From assembly GCA_049512315.1 (NCBI GenBank), contig JBEKXF010000005.1, forward strand, positions 62,001-126,000: 64,000 nt of DNA, in the 5' to 3' direction. Below the pieces are notes generated by a model that had not been told where the DNA came from, ran no database searches, and saw nothing but the letters and a program-made list of their open reading frames with translations. Within the stretch, counting starts at the first letter, position 1, and each line of letters opens with the position of its first letter. The stretch comes from Candidatus Aminicenantales bacterium (GTDB lineage Bacteria; Acidobacteriota; Aminicenantia; Aminicenantales; Saccharicenantaceae). This document shows positions 27,527-36,960 of the stretch, piece after piece. A program made the position numbers and the translations under genes.

Positions 27527-29251
27527 ATGCCCAAGAATCGCCGCATCCTCTTCACCGCCATCCTCGCCGCGTCGATAGCGCCAGCCCTGTGGATGGCCGC
27601 AGGGTCCGCGCCGAAAGAGACGGCGGCCGACCTCGTCCTCACGAACGGGAAGGTCGTGACGGTCGATGACAGGATCCCGGAGGCCCGGGCCGTCGCCATC
27701 CGCGCCGGCAGGATCGTCGCCGTCGGAACCGAGAAGGACCTCAAACGCTATATCGGCGGATCAACCCAGGTCATTAACCTCAAGGGCGCTCTGGCCATTC
27801 CGGGGATCATCGACAGTCATGGCCATTTCACGAGCCTCGGGGCCTCCAAGATGATCCTCGACCTGACCAAGGCCCACTCATGGGACGACATCGTGGCCAT
27901 GGTCGGGCAGGCGGCCAAGGCCGCCAAGCCCGGCGACTGGATCCTCGGCCGGGGCTGGCACCAGGAGAAGTGGGACAAGGTTCCCGAGCCGAACATCGAC
28001 GGCCTGCCCTTCCATGACGCCCTGAGCCAGGCCGCCCCGGCGAACCCCGTCCTCCTCGAACACGCCAGCGGGCATTCCAGCCTGGCCAACGCCAAGGCGA
28101 TGGAGCTCTCCGGGATCACTTCCAGGACCCCCGACCCGAAGGGCGGCCAGATCATCCGGGACGCCAAGGGAAATCCCATCGGCGCCTTCCTCGAGAATGC
28201 CCAGGGTCTCATCCGATACAGGGAGCCGAATCTCACCCCGGTTGAGGCCTTGACCAAGGCGCGGCGCGAAGTAGAACTCGCCGCCCAGGAATGCTTGAGG
28301 AACGGGGTGACGACCTTCTATGACGCGAGCACCTCCTTTGCGACAGTTGACCTTTACAGGAAGATGGCCGAAGAAGGCGCCCTCGGCGTCAGGCTTAACG
28401 TCATGTTGAGCGAGAACAACCGGGCCCTCGCCGCCCGGGGCTCCACCTACAGGATGATCGGGGCCGCCGACAACCACCTGACCGTCAGGGCCATCAAGCG
28501 GTTCATGGACGGCGCCCTCGGATCCCAGGGGGCCTGGCTCCTCGAGCCCTATGCGGACCGCCCGAACTGGACGGGCCTGAATACGGACCCCATTTCGGAT
28601 ATCAAGGAAACGGCCAGGTTCGCGATCGAGAACGGCTTTCAGCTTTGCATTCACGCCATCGGCGACCGGGCCAACCGCGAAGTGCTGGACGTTTACGAGG
28701 AGGCCTTCAAAGCCCACACCGACAAAAAGGACGTCCGGTGGCGGGTCGAGCACGCCCAGCATCTCAGCCCCGCCGACATCCCGCGCTTCGGCCGGCTCGG
28801 CGTCATCGCCTCGATGCAGGCGGTCCACTGCACCTCGGACGGGCCCTGGGTCCTCAAGCGGCTGGGCGAGAAAAGGGCCGAGGAAGGGGCTTATGTCTGG
28901 CGGAAGCTCATGGCGGCGGGAGCCGTCATCTGCAACGGTACGGATGTCCCCGTCGAGCCCGTCGACCCGATCCCCGGTTTCTATGCGGCCGTGACACGGA
29001 AGATGAAAGACGGAACGGCCTTTTTCCCCGACCAGAAAATGAGCCGGATGGAGGCCCTCCGGGCGTACACGATCAACGGCGCTTTCGCGGCTTTCGAAGA
29101 GGGGATCAAGGGGTCGCTCACGGCCGGGAAGCTCGCCGACATCACCGTCCTCTCAAAAGACATCCTGACCTGCCCGGAGGAGGAGATCCGCGGCGCCGCG
29201 GTTCTTTACACGATCGTCGGCGGGAAGATTCTCTATCGCAAGGAGGGCTGA
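27527..29251 (+). CDS. Amidohydrolase-3 (YtcJ-like), exported
   Basis: PGIIDSHGH, DGALGS.GA, IHAIGDRA, RVEHAQ, GTD.PV, GKLAD..VL. Confidence 0.92.
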   Translation: MPKNRRILFTAILAASIAPALWMAAGSAPKETAADLVLTNGKVVTVDDRIPEARAVAIRAGRIVAVGTEKDLKRYIGGSTQVINLKGALAIPGIIDSHGHFTSLGASKMILDLTKAHSWDDIVAMVGQAAKAAKPGDWILGRGWHQEKWDKVPEPNIDGLPFHDALSQAAPANPVLLEHASGHSSLANAKAMELSGITSRTPDPKGGQIIRDAKGNPIGAFLENAQGLIRYREPNLTPVEALTKARREVELAAQECLRNGVTTFYDASTSFATVDLYRKMAEEGALGVRLNVMLSENNRALAARGSTYRMIGAADNHLTVRAIKRFMDGALGSQGAWLLEPYADRPNWTGLNTDPISDIKETARFAIENGFQLCIHAIGDRANREVLDVYEEAFKAHTDKKDVRWRVEHAQHLSPADIPRFGRLGVIASMQAVHCTSDGPWVLKRLGEKRAEEGAYVWRKLMAAGAVICNGTDVPVEPVDPIPGFYAAVTRKMKDGTAFFPDQKMSRMEALRAYTINGAFAAFEEGIKGSLTAGKLADITVLSKDILTCPEEEIRGAAVLYTIVGGKILYRKEG

Positions 29252-29260
29252 CGGAGGGCG

Positions 29261-29467
29261 CTATTTCTCCGCGACGCCGCTGAGCTTGTCCTGGACCCGC
29301 CTCAGCTCATCCTGGGCTTCTTTCATCAGGTTGTTCTTGAAAACGAGCGTGCCAATCTCGCTCGTGTGGTCCATCGAGGCCTTCAGCCTCTCGATCCTCT
29401 CGAGAAGCTCGGCCTCACGACGGTGGAGCCTGTCGAGCTCGTCTCTTCTCGCGGCATCGTTATCCAT
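29261..29467 (-). CDS. Small hypothetical coiled-coil protein
   Basis: 68-aa helical ORF MDNDAARRDELDRL... filling the gap between two genes. Confidence 0.55.
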   Translation of the reverse strand: MDNDAARRDELDRLHRREAELLERIERLKASMDHTSEIGTLVFKNNLMKEAQDELRRVQDKLSGVAEK

Positions 29468-29580
29468 GGATGAATCCTTGTGTCGTTCCCATTCTAGGGC
29501 GAACGGCGGCCGTAAGCAAGGAACGGATGGGCGGCATTCATCAGCGCCCGACCATCGCCATCCCGTTTTTGATCCTCGTC

Positions 29581-32500
29581 TCAATTCCCGACCGCGACCC
29601 TCAACGTCCGGATCTCGAAGGGCTTGAGGCTGACGGGGATCGACTCGACCTCGACACTTTGATGACCGCCCACGCTCCTGGTCGTAAACCCCAGGAATAC
29701 GGCGCTCGAAACACGGGCTTCCGTCGCCTGGCCCGCGATCTCGCGGAGGCGGACGACGGGCTTGCCGTCAGAATCGAGCCAGAGAGCCTGAATGATGACG
29801 TTGGGCTGGTCGATGGAGATCAGGGATTCGAAGGGTGTCGTGATGCGCCCTTTATTTTTCGCCGGGAGCCAGACCGCGGCGAGCGGAGTATGGACCTCCC
29901 AGCCGAAGCGCGAGGAAACGACCCGGTCAGAGCCGGCGGGAGAGGCGGGCGCGCCTGTCAAGGGCGGGGCGGGAGGAAGGCTCGTCAGCGAGTAGCGGAA
30001 TTCGACACGGCCTTCCTGGCTGGCCTTGAAATTCGTCATCCAGTAGTTGTTCATGGCGTAAGAAAAAACCCAGGCGTTCTGGAGGTCGAGCGACGTGAGC
30101 CATTTGCCGATGTTGATGTCGCCGACCATGACGAGAGGCGCTTCGACCGGCGACCAGATGACCCGGGCGTCCTTCCCGGAGAATTCGACCCAGTTCTGGA
30201 CGGCGTGCCAGTCGAGGGTCGTCCCGGGCAGCTGCTCCGTCCCCGGAGCCATGTCGCCGTCGGAGATCTCGAAGCGGACGTTCGGGCCCGGCAGGGCGGC
30301 CGCGCCGGGTTGCATTCCCTTGGCTTTATCCGCCGGCAGGATTGCGCCGAGTTTGTTGCTGAAGGCGCCCGGGAGGCCGGGCCCGACGGCGAACGGGAAG
30401 GCGAAATAGACGGCCTCGGGATCGAAGGTTTCTTCCTTGTCCAGGACGTTGACGAGGTCGATCCGCTTGATATCGTCGTAGAGGATGATTCTCTGTTCGA
30501 GCTTGCGGCACATCTTGGGGGAGGTCGTGACGAGAAAACTCGTCGCCCCGGGCCCCCGCCATCCGGCCGTGACCTTGGCGGACTCTGGCGTCCAGCGATG
30601 GAAGATCGCCCGCTTCGTCATGTCGTCCACGGCCTTGCGGCCGCCCTCCGGCTGCTCGTAAATGTATGTGTTGAGCGACCAGGGACAGGTCTTGTCTACG
30701 ATCTCGCGGCCGGTCTCCTTATCGACGAGGCTTGAGATGCCGCCGGTCTTGGGGTCAACGGAGACGCGGTAGAATCGGTTTTCCATAACGGGCCGGCCCG
30801 CCTGGTCAGTCACCATCTTCGCCTCTTTGGCATTCGGTACCAACCCAACCCCCTCCCTGTCCCCCTCCCCCGGCCTGACCGCGAAGACGGCGTATCCCAT
30901 CGAGGGGATGTTTCTGGCGACGACCAGGATAGCGTCATCACCCATCACCTGGAATATCGCGTCGCTCCCGAGGCGCCGGTCGATGACGCGGATTTTCCCC
31001 TTCGCCTCGCGGAGCGGCCCGGCCGGCAGCGTCACGCGCACCGCGTCCGTCCGCGCCCAGGAGAGGGGGTTGAAGACGGCGAATTCGTAATCGCCGTCGG
31101 CGCTGATAAGCCCGGCCAGGGCCTCGGTCCCACGCCGCAAGAGCGTACGCGACGCCTCCCTCGCCCGGTAGGCGAAACTCGACTTGAGGGCCCACTGGCC
31201 GCGGGCCAGCTCCGACTGCGGGTCGTCGATGGAGTTCCAGGCGCCCCACGTGTGCTCGTCGTAGAGCATGGCGAGGTCATAGGTCTCCCGGATTTGATCG
31301 CCCGGGAAGCGAAAAGCCTTGGCAAGATCCAGCCTGGCCGCGAGCGCCGAGACTTTTTCCGCCGAAATGAGATCGCTGTGCGTGAGCCGGTTAAGGCCTG
31401 TCTCGAACGCGGTCGAGGCGACGCCGTCCGTCCAGTAGTCGGGCCAGCCGAGCTTGTGGACGGGGATCTTCTGGCCGTAGGCCTTCTCAAGGCGCTCGAA
31501 GAACTCGTGGAGGGTCGCCAGCCGGAGCTTAGGATAGGCGAACTTCTCGTTCCACTCCTTGACGCGGTCGGAAAGTCCGCGGCCGGGAGGGCAGTTGTCC
31601 GTCGTCCAAGCGCTGATATTGAAGGCGATGAGGTCGTAGGGATAATCGCCGCGGGCCTCGAGTTTCGCCAGGTAGTCCCCGACTTTGGGCGAGCTCTTAT
31701 CGAGCGGCTCGTGCAGGAGGAGATCATAGTTGCCGAAGAGATAGTGCTCGCCGTTCCACTGCAGGACGCGGCTCCCGTCCGGCGATTCCCACCAGAACGG
31801 GTTGGGCCGGCGGAGGGGCGCCCGGGACCGCGTCTCGTTGATGCCCGTGGCGAAATACTTGATGCCAGCCTGATGTAGGATTTGGGGCAGGGCCCAGCCG
31901 AAGCCGGTCACGTCGTCGTTCATGGCGCAGATGACGTCGAACCCGTACTTTTTAGCGAACTCCCGGGAGAAATCGACGGAGCGGATGAGCTCTTCGTGGG
32001 AGAAACTGTCGGACTGGTTGACATAGAGCCCGGAGAGCTCGACGCGGCCCGCTTTGATCAACTCAACCAGCCGGCGGACCCGGGCCTCGGGCCGCTGCCT
32101 GACGAAATTCTGGAGGGTCCAGGAGGCCTCGATATTCCAGCGGAATCTGGCGTCATCGGGATAGTCGTCGGTCGCGTCACAGTCATCGATGACGGAGTCG
32201 AGGTATTCCACGTGATTTTGGGTGACCCGGGACTGGAGCTCGGTGTACCCGATATCGGTATGCGAATGATGAAAGAGATAGATGCTCCACTTGCGCTGGG
32301 GCTTGAGGGAAACATCTTTCCTGACCATCTGGCCGCCGGACTTGAGGGTGAATGTCGCCGGCGCCGGTTGCGTGATCTCGTGAATGGCGACAGGGAATGA
32401 GCTCTTGCCCCGGGCGATCGGGTTCAAAGGAAAAGATATGTCGCGTCCGTTGACCCTGACGGCCAGCTCTCCGGACGTCGGGGCGCCGCCGTTATCGACG

Positions 32501-32718
32501 CTCACGGTCAGAAGCTGCTTGAGCCCCTGCCCGGCCCTGACAAAAAAGACCGTAGGTTTCACATCGAAGCTGAGGGCGGCCGGGTCTGTGGCGCCGGGCA
32601 CGCGTGGGGAAGCCATCGGCGAGGTGCCGTTGCGCTCGGCGGCAAAGGAACAAATGGCAATGAACGAGGCCAGGGCGATGGCCGCGGCTGGCCGGCTCAG
32701 ACTATTTTTCGAGATCAT
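29581..32718 (-). CDS. GH38-like glycoside hydrolase (alpha-mannosidase-like), exported
   Basis: HHSHTDIGYT, DDVTG, LYDEHTWG, VFNPLSW.R, MENRFY, NNYW.TNF; GGAGG SD before MISKN. Confidence 0.85.
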   Translation of the reverse strand: MISKNSLSRPAAAIALASFIAICSFAAERNGTSPMASPRVPGATDPAALSFDVKPTVFFVRAGQGLKQLLTVSVDNGGAPTSGELAVRVNGRDISFPLNPIARGKSSFPVAIHEITQPAPATFTLKSGGQMVRKDVSLKPQRKWSIYLFHHSHTDIGYTELQSRVTQNHVEYLDSVIDDCDATDDYPDDARFRWNIEASWTLQNFVRQRPEARVRRLVELIKAGRVELSGLYVNQSDSFSHEELIRSVDFSREFAKKYGFDVICAMNDDVTGFGWALPQILHQAGIKYFATGINETRSRAPLRRPNPFWWESPDGSRVLQWNGEHYLFGNYDLLLHEPLDKSSPKVGDYLAKLEARGDYPYDLIAFNISAWTTDNCPPGRGLSDRVKEWNEKFAYPKLRLATLHEFFERLEKAYGQKIPVHKLGWPDYWTDGVASTAFETGLNRLTHSDLISAEKVSALAARLDLAKAFRFPGDQIRETYDLAMLYDEHTWGAWNSIDDPQSELARGQWALKSSFAYRAREASRTLLRRGTEALAGLISADGDYEFAVFNPLSWARTDAVRVTLPAGPLREAKGKIRVIDRRLGSDAIFQVMGDDAILVVARNIPSMGYAVFAVRPGEGDREGVGLVPNAKEAKMVTDQAGRPVMENRFYRVSVDPKTGGISSLVDKETGREIVDKTCPWSLNTYIYEQPEGGRKAVDDMTKRAIFHRWTPESAKVTAGWRGPGATSFLVTTSPKMCRKLEQRIILYDDIKRIDLVNVLDKEETFDPEAVYFAFPFAVGPGLPGAFSNKLGAILPADKAKGMQPGAAALPGPNVRFEISDGDMAPGTEQLPGTTLDWHAVQNWVEFSGKDARVIWSPVEAPLVMVGDINIGKWLTSLDLQNAWVFSYAMNNYWMTNFKASQEGRVEFRYSLTSLPPAPPLTGAPASPAGSDRVVSSRFGWEVHTPLAAVWLPAKNKGRITTPFESLISIDQPNVIIQALWLDSDGKPVVRLREIAGQATEARVSSAVFLGFTTRSVGGHQSVEVESIPVSLKPFEIRTLRVAVGN

Positions 32719-32938
32719 TGCTGACCCTCCTCCAAGCGGATGTGTTGAACACAAAATCCGGGCTTAAATCTACCACGCCGGTCCACGCGAGACAAGCCAA
32801 GAGAGCGTTCCGTTTTCTTACGTTTTTTTAGCGATAAAAGAAGATGGCTGCCTCGGCGCTTTCAATTTCAGGGCTTCGGTGATAGCTGAAGCGGCAGAAG
32901 AAAAATGCGCAGGGGGATCGTCTCAAAATACAGTGAAG

Positions 32939-33238
32939 GAACGGGTGGCACGGCGCCAGTCCCCGCCCGCCCGAGGCGGAAGGGGATTGCGCGGGAGCGC
33001 TGGGGGTTCCAAGGGGCGGCTTCCCCTCCGCCCGGGACTTGGGAAGGGGCTCCAAGGGGACATCTCCCCTTGGTCGCAACACTTGGCTGCGCCCTGCGGC
33101 CAGGAAGGAGCCAAGTGTGAGAAGGTGAGGCAGTGAGCGCAGCGAACGTTGGAAGGGGGGCTCTGGCCCCCCTCCAAAGGCTCGGGGGGATGGGTGGAGC
33201 CGAGGCCGGACGGGGACGCACCGGGCCAGGACCCGTTC
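32939..33238. other. ~300-nt highly structured intergenic element (MITE-like or ncRNA)
   Basis: Complementary ends GAACGGGT/ACCCGTTC with extended imperfect pairing, enclosing at least four internal hairpins. Confidence 0.55.
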
Positions 33239-33524
33239 GACAATACTGAACTCAGAGGGAATCCCCCGAACTCAACCTCATTTGCTGGCAGAAACCATCT
33301 CTGGAGCCTCCACCTTCAAAAAACGCCTCGGGAAGGCTAAACCGCTCTATCACGTTCCGGCCATTCCCCTCAGCCCTTTTCCAGTGCCAGGAAAGGCCCC
33401 TCCATCTTTAGTTTATAGCAGGGGAAAGAGATGCTCGCACAAGTCGCCGGGAGCACTTGCCAGGTGTCTCGGAGTTGTGCCATCATAAATATTTGGAAAC
33501 TGAGCTCGACGGAAGAGATTGCCC

Positions 33525-34304
33525 ATGAGGCCCAACCGATATATCATCGCTATCCTCGTCATCCTCGTCCTCGCCGGCTGCGCCTCGGCCGCGGCCCAAA
33601 AAAAGAAGCCCGCCAAGAATTCGGACAAAGACCCCCAGTACCAGTTCGAGAAGGGGGTCATTGCCCTCCGCTACGGGCTCACGGACGAAGCCATCCGCTA
33701 CGGGAACCTGGCCGTATCCCTCGACCCCAAGCATTATGGGGGCCATAGTCTTCTCGGCAACGCCTACTACAAGAAGGGAGATTTCGCGGACGCGGCGGCC
33801 GCCTTCGAAAAGGCCCTGGAGCTGCGGCCGGAGCTGGCCGAAGCTCACTTCAACCTCGGCCTGGTCTCGTTCGATACGGGCACCCTGGAAAAAGCCGAGT
33901 CCGAATTCAAGCAGGCCCTGGCCATCAAGGAAGACGCCAACACGGCCTACTACCTGGCCAGGGTCAATCTCGGCCAGAAGAAACTCGACCAGGCCCTGGA
34001 CGAGGTCCAGAAATCCCTCAAGCTGGATCCCCGGGCTCCCGGGGCGTACAACCTCAAGGGTGTCGTCCTGAACCAGCTCGGCCGCTATGCGGAGGCCGCC
34101 GGAAGCTTCCAGGCCGGATTGGTCCTGGCCCCCGACGACCTCAACCTCCAGATCAACCTCGGCATCGCCCATATTAACAACAACGAGCCGGACAAAGCCC
34201 GGCCCGTCTTGGAAAAAGCGCTCCCCCGGATCCAGGACCCGGCCCTCAAGACCCAGATCGAGAGCTACCTGAAGTCGATCAAGCCCCCGGACGGGGGCGC
34301 CTGA
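33525..34304 (+). CDS. TPR-repeat lipoprotein
   Basis: LAGC lipobox and several TPR repeats (A..NLG..Y...G...A). Confidence 0.9.
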   Translation: MRPNRYIIAILVILVLAGCASAAAQKKKPAKNSDKDPQYQFEKGVIALRYGLTDEAIRYGNLAVSLDPKHYGGHSLLGNAYYKKGDFADAAAAFEKALELRPELAEAHFNLGLVSFDTGTLEKAESEFKQALAIKEDANTAYYLARVNLGQKKLDQALDEVQKSLKLDPRAPGAYNLKGVVLNQLGRYAEAAGSFQAGLVLAPDDLNLQINLGIAHINNNEPDKARPVLEKALPRIQDPALKTQIESYLKSIKPPDGGA

Positions 34305-34410
34305 ACCGGCCCTGCGCCGGCCGGGTGACCGCGTCAATCAATATCGAATATAATACCTGGCAGAACGAATGTCCGTCTCGCGCGTCTTCGTGAGTGAGGC
34401 GGAAAAAGAG

Positions 34411-35040
34411 ATGGAAGCCGTGATGCCAGGCCTGAAAGTCGCCCCGCGGCCGGATGCTATGCCCTTCACCCAGGACTCCTTCGACGGGATCTATGAGATG
34501 TACAAGGAGCCCGTCTTCCGCCTGGCCCGCGCCTTGACCGACAACGCCCGGGACGCCGAGGATCTCTTCCAGGAAACCTGGCTCCGGGCCGTGCGCTCGG
34601 GCCGCGAAGAGCCGCGGCCGGGTGATACCAGGGCCTGGCTTTTCACGATCACGGCCAACCTGCACCGGGACGGTCTGAGGAAGAAGAGGATCCGGAGGCT
34701 CTTTTTCCTCGAGCGGGCCCGGGCGATGACGGACGAGGCAGCCGACGCGGACACCGGATGGGAATCGGGCCGGTTCTCGGCCCGGGACTTCGCCGCCCGG
34801 GAGGACCTGCGGCTCTGCCTGCGCCGGGCGATATCCCGGCTGCCCGCCCGGCAGCGCGAGGTCTTTGTCCTCAAGGACATCGAGGGCTACAGGCACGCGG
34901 AGATCGGCCGGATGCTCGGCATCCCCGAAACGACCGTCCGGACCCTCCTTCACCGGGCTGTGAACGGCCTCCAAAGAGACCTGGCGGCATTCCGACCCCC
35001 GCGGCCCCGGACGGAGGCGTCAGAGGAGAATAAGCCATGA
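34411..35040 (+). CDS. ECF RNA polymerase sigma factor
   Basis: AEDLFQETW, WLFTI..N, GY.H.EIG.MLGIPE.TVR..LHRA; start uncertain. Confidence 0.9.
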   Translation: MEAVMPGLKVAPRPDAMPFTQDSFDGIYEMYKEPVFRLARALTDNARDAEDLFQETWLRAVRSGREEPRPGDTRAWLFTITANLHRDGLRKKRIRRLFFLERARAMTDEAADADTGWESGRFSARDFAAREDLRLCLRRAISRLPARQREVFVLKDIEGYRHAEIGRMLGIPETTVRTLLHRAVNGLQRDLAAFRPPRPRTEASEENKP

Positions 35041-35507
35041 CCTGCAAGGCGATCGAAGAGCTGATCCTCGAAAGCGAAGAGCGCCCCCTCCGCGGGGATG
35101 AACCGGAGCTGGTCGAGGATCATCTCCGGGGCTGCCCCCGCTGCCGGATGTTCCAGGCCGACCGGTTCACGATCCGGAAGGGGGTGCGGGACCTCGTCCG
35201 GGCGGAGCTGCCTCAATCCCTCGACCTGAGGACACGGCGTCTGGTCCGGGAGGCTTTGGACAGGGATCGGGCGGCCGGAAAAGCGAAAATCCCCGGCCTG
35301 GTCATCGCGGCCTCGGTCCTGTTCACGGTCCTGGCGGCGATCTGGCTGACCGCGACCCTCATCGATGTCACGCCGGGGCAGCCGCTGCCGTCGGGCGCGT
35401 GGGCCGCGATCGTCTTCATCGCCCAGAACGTGCTGGTGCTTTTTCTCTCGCCGGTCATCCTGCGGATGGCCTGGCCACGGGAAAACGGGACATCTTCGTC
35501 CCGATAG
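35037..35507 (+). CDS. zf-HC2 anti-sigma factor with two TM segments
   Basis: MTC...HLRGCPRC; ATGA overlap with the sigma gene. Confidence 0.85.
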   Translation: MTCKAIEELILESEERPLRGDEPELVEDHLRGCPRCRMFQADRFTIRKGVRDLVRAELPQSLDLRTRRLVREALDRDRAAGKAKIPGLVIAASVLFTVLAAIWLTATLIDVTPGQPLPSGAWAAIVFIAQNVLVLFLSPVILRMAWPRENGTSSSR

Positions 35508-35527
35508 CGGGTTCCAAGGAGGTTCAC

Positions 35528-36079
35528 ATGACAACGAACAATAACCACGCCACATGGGCCTTCGTGGTCCTGATCGGGCTCCTGCTGCTTTTGGCCTTCC
35601 GGTCCATTTTCTTCGTCCTGCCGTTCGGCTTCTTCCCCGGCATCTCCCATGTCTTCCGGGACGCCGGCCATTCTTTGGGCGGGGCGTTCGGGTTCATCCC
35701 GTTCGTGTTCATGCCCCTCGCCCTCATGGCCCTCTGGGTTTTCGTGATCATCTGGGTTTACCGGGACGCCGAGAGCCGGGGCATGAGCGGGATCCTCTGG
35801 GCGCTCCTGGTCCTGATCGGCAATGTCGTCGGGCTGCTGATCTATCTCATCATGCGCCACGAAACGCCCGTCCGGCGGGCGGAGCCGGGCCCGGCTTCGC
35901 CTGCCGCGTCCTGCGCGGGATGCGGGAAGCCCGTCGCGGCCGGCTACACCTACTGTCCCTGCTGCGGCAGGCCCAGCAAGGCGGTCTGCCCGTCGTGCAA
36001 GAAGCCGGTCGAGGCGGGCTGGAAGGTCTGCCCGTACTGCGGGACAAGCCTCGACCCCGGCAAGACCGAGCAGGCGTGA
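35528..36079 (+). CDS. Membrane protein with a C-terminal double zinc ribbon
   Basis: AGGAGG SD; WVYRDA..RG...W....L..N..GL.IY motif; four CxxC pairs. Confidence 0.85.
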   Translation: MTTNNNHATWAFVVLIGLLLLLAFRSIFFVLPFGFFPGISHVFRDAGHSLGGAFGFIPFVFMPLALMALWVFVIIWVYRDAESRGMSGILWALLVLIGNVVGLLIYLIMRHETPVRRAEPGPASPAASCAGCGKPVAAGYTYCPCCGRPSKAVCPSCKKPVEAGWKVCPYCGTSLDPGKTEQA

Positions 36080-36104
36080 TCCGGAGGGGGCCGGATCTTA
36101 TTTA

Positions 36105-36572
36105 TCAGGTGAAGATGATCTGGCCGCCGGCGGAGATCTCGTAGAACTCGCCGACGTTGATGATGGAATCCACCTGGGGGCAGAAATCCTCTTTTTTCAG
36201 CTTGAACATGTCGACCGTCGCCTTGCAGGCGTAGAGCTTGCAGCCGGCGTCCGCGACCATCTCGATGAATTCCGGCACGGGCGGGATGTCGATCTTGTCC
36301 ATCGTCTTCTTCATCATTGACGTGGCCATCGCCGAAAATCCCGGCAGGATCCCCAGGAGCGACGGCATGTGCATGCCGGGGTTTCCAACCGTGGCGATCT
36401 TGATCTTCCCCATCCGTTTCTTGACGATGGCGTCCAAGCCGAAGAACGTGAAGAACAGGTTCGCCTCGATCCCTTCCAGCCGGGCCCCGTTGGCCATGAT
36501 CAGCCCCGGATAGACGCCGTCGAGCCCGCCCTTCGAGATGACGATCGAGACCTTCTTGATTTTCTCTTCCAT
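36105..36572 (-). CDS. DsrE2-family sulfur-transfer protein
   Basis: LFFTFFGL, IP.V.E, LYAC. Confidence 0.88.
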   Translation of the reverse strand: MEEKIKKVSIVISKGGLDGVYPGLIMANGARLEGIEANLFFTFFGLDAIVKKRMGKIKIATVGNPGMHMPSLLGILPGFSAMATSMMKKTMDKIDIPPVPEFIEMVADAGCKLYACKATVDMFKLKKEDFCPQVDSIINVGEFYEISAGGQIIFT

Positions 36573-36583
36573 GGCACTCTCCC

Positions 36584-36901
36584 TCAAACGCAGCCTTCGG
36601 GTTTCTTCAGGCCGGCGATCTTGGCCGCCTTCTTGGCCGGCCCGCCCGGGAAGAGCTCATAGAGCTCCTTCGTGCTGACGACGCCGGTCTTGTTGAGCTT
36701 CCGGATGCTCGGCGCCTGGCCTGTCTCCTTGTATTCCTTCTGCATGAACTCGATGACCTTCCAGTGGGCGGGCGTCAGCTCGGCGATCCCCTCTTCCCTG
36801 GCGATGACCGCGGCGACCTCCCGGGTCCACTGGGCTTGGTTCGTCATGAAGCCTTCCGTGTCGACATCGACGGTGACGTTTCTGAATTGTTTCTGGGGCA
36901 T
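36584..36901 (-). CDS. tusE: TusE/DsrC-family sulfur relay protein
   Basis: D.EGF.....W, LT..HW.VI, LFP.GPAK.A.KIAGL.KP.GCV with a single terminal Cys. Confidence 0.9.
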   Translation of the reverse strand: MPQKQFRNVTVDVDTEGFMTNQAQWTREVAAVIAREEGIAELTPAHWKVIEFMQKEYKETGQAPSIRKLNKTGVVSTKELYELFPGGPAKKAAKIAGLKKPEGCV

Positions 36902-36960
36902 GCCTGACTCCTTCAACTCAAATATTGATATTCCTTGATTTTCCGTGACATCAGCGTCTC

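Noticed and set aside
30841..30875. C-rich REP-like tract and low-complexity loops inside the GH38-like gene
   Set aside because: Cannot be distinguished from ordinary linker sequence without an ortholog alignment
32750..32768. ACAAAATCCGGGCTTA resembling the RNase P RNA 3' motif
   Set aside because: No GAGGAAAGTCC 5' motif, and the upstream sequence is the GH38 coding region
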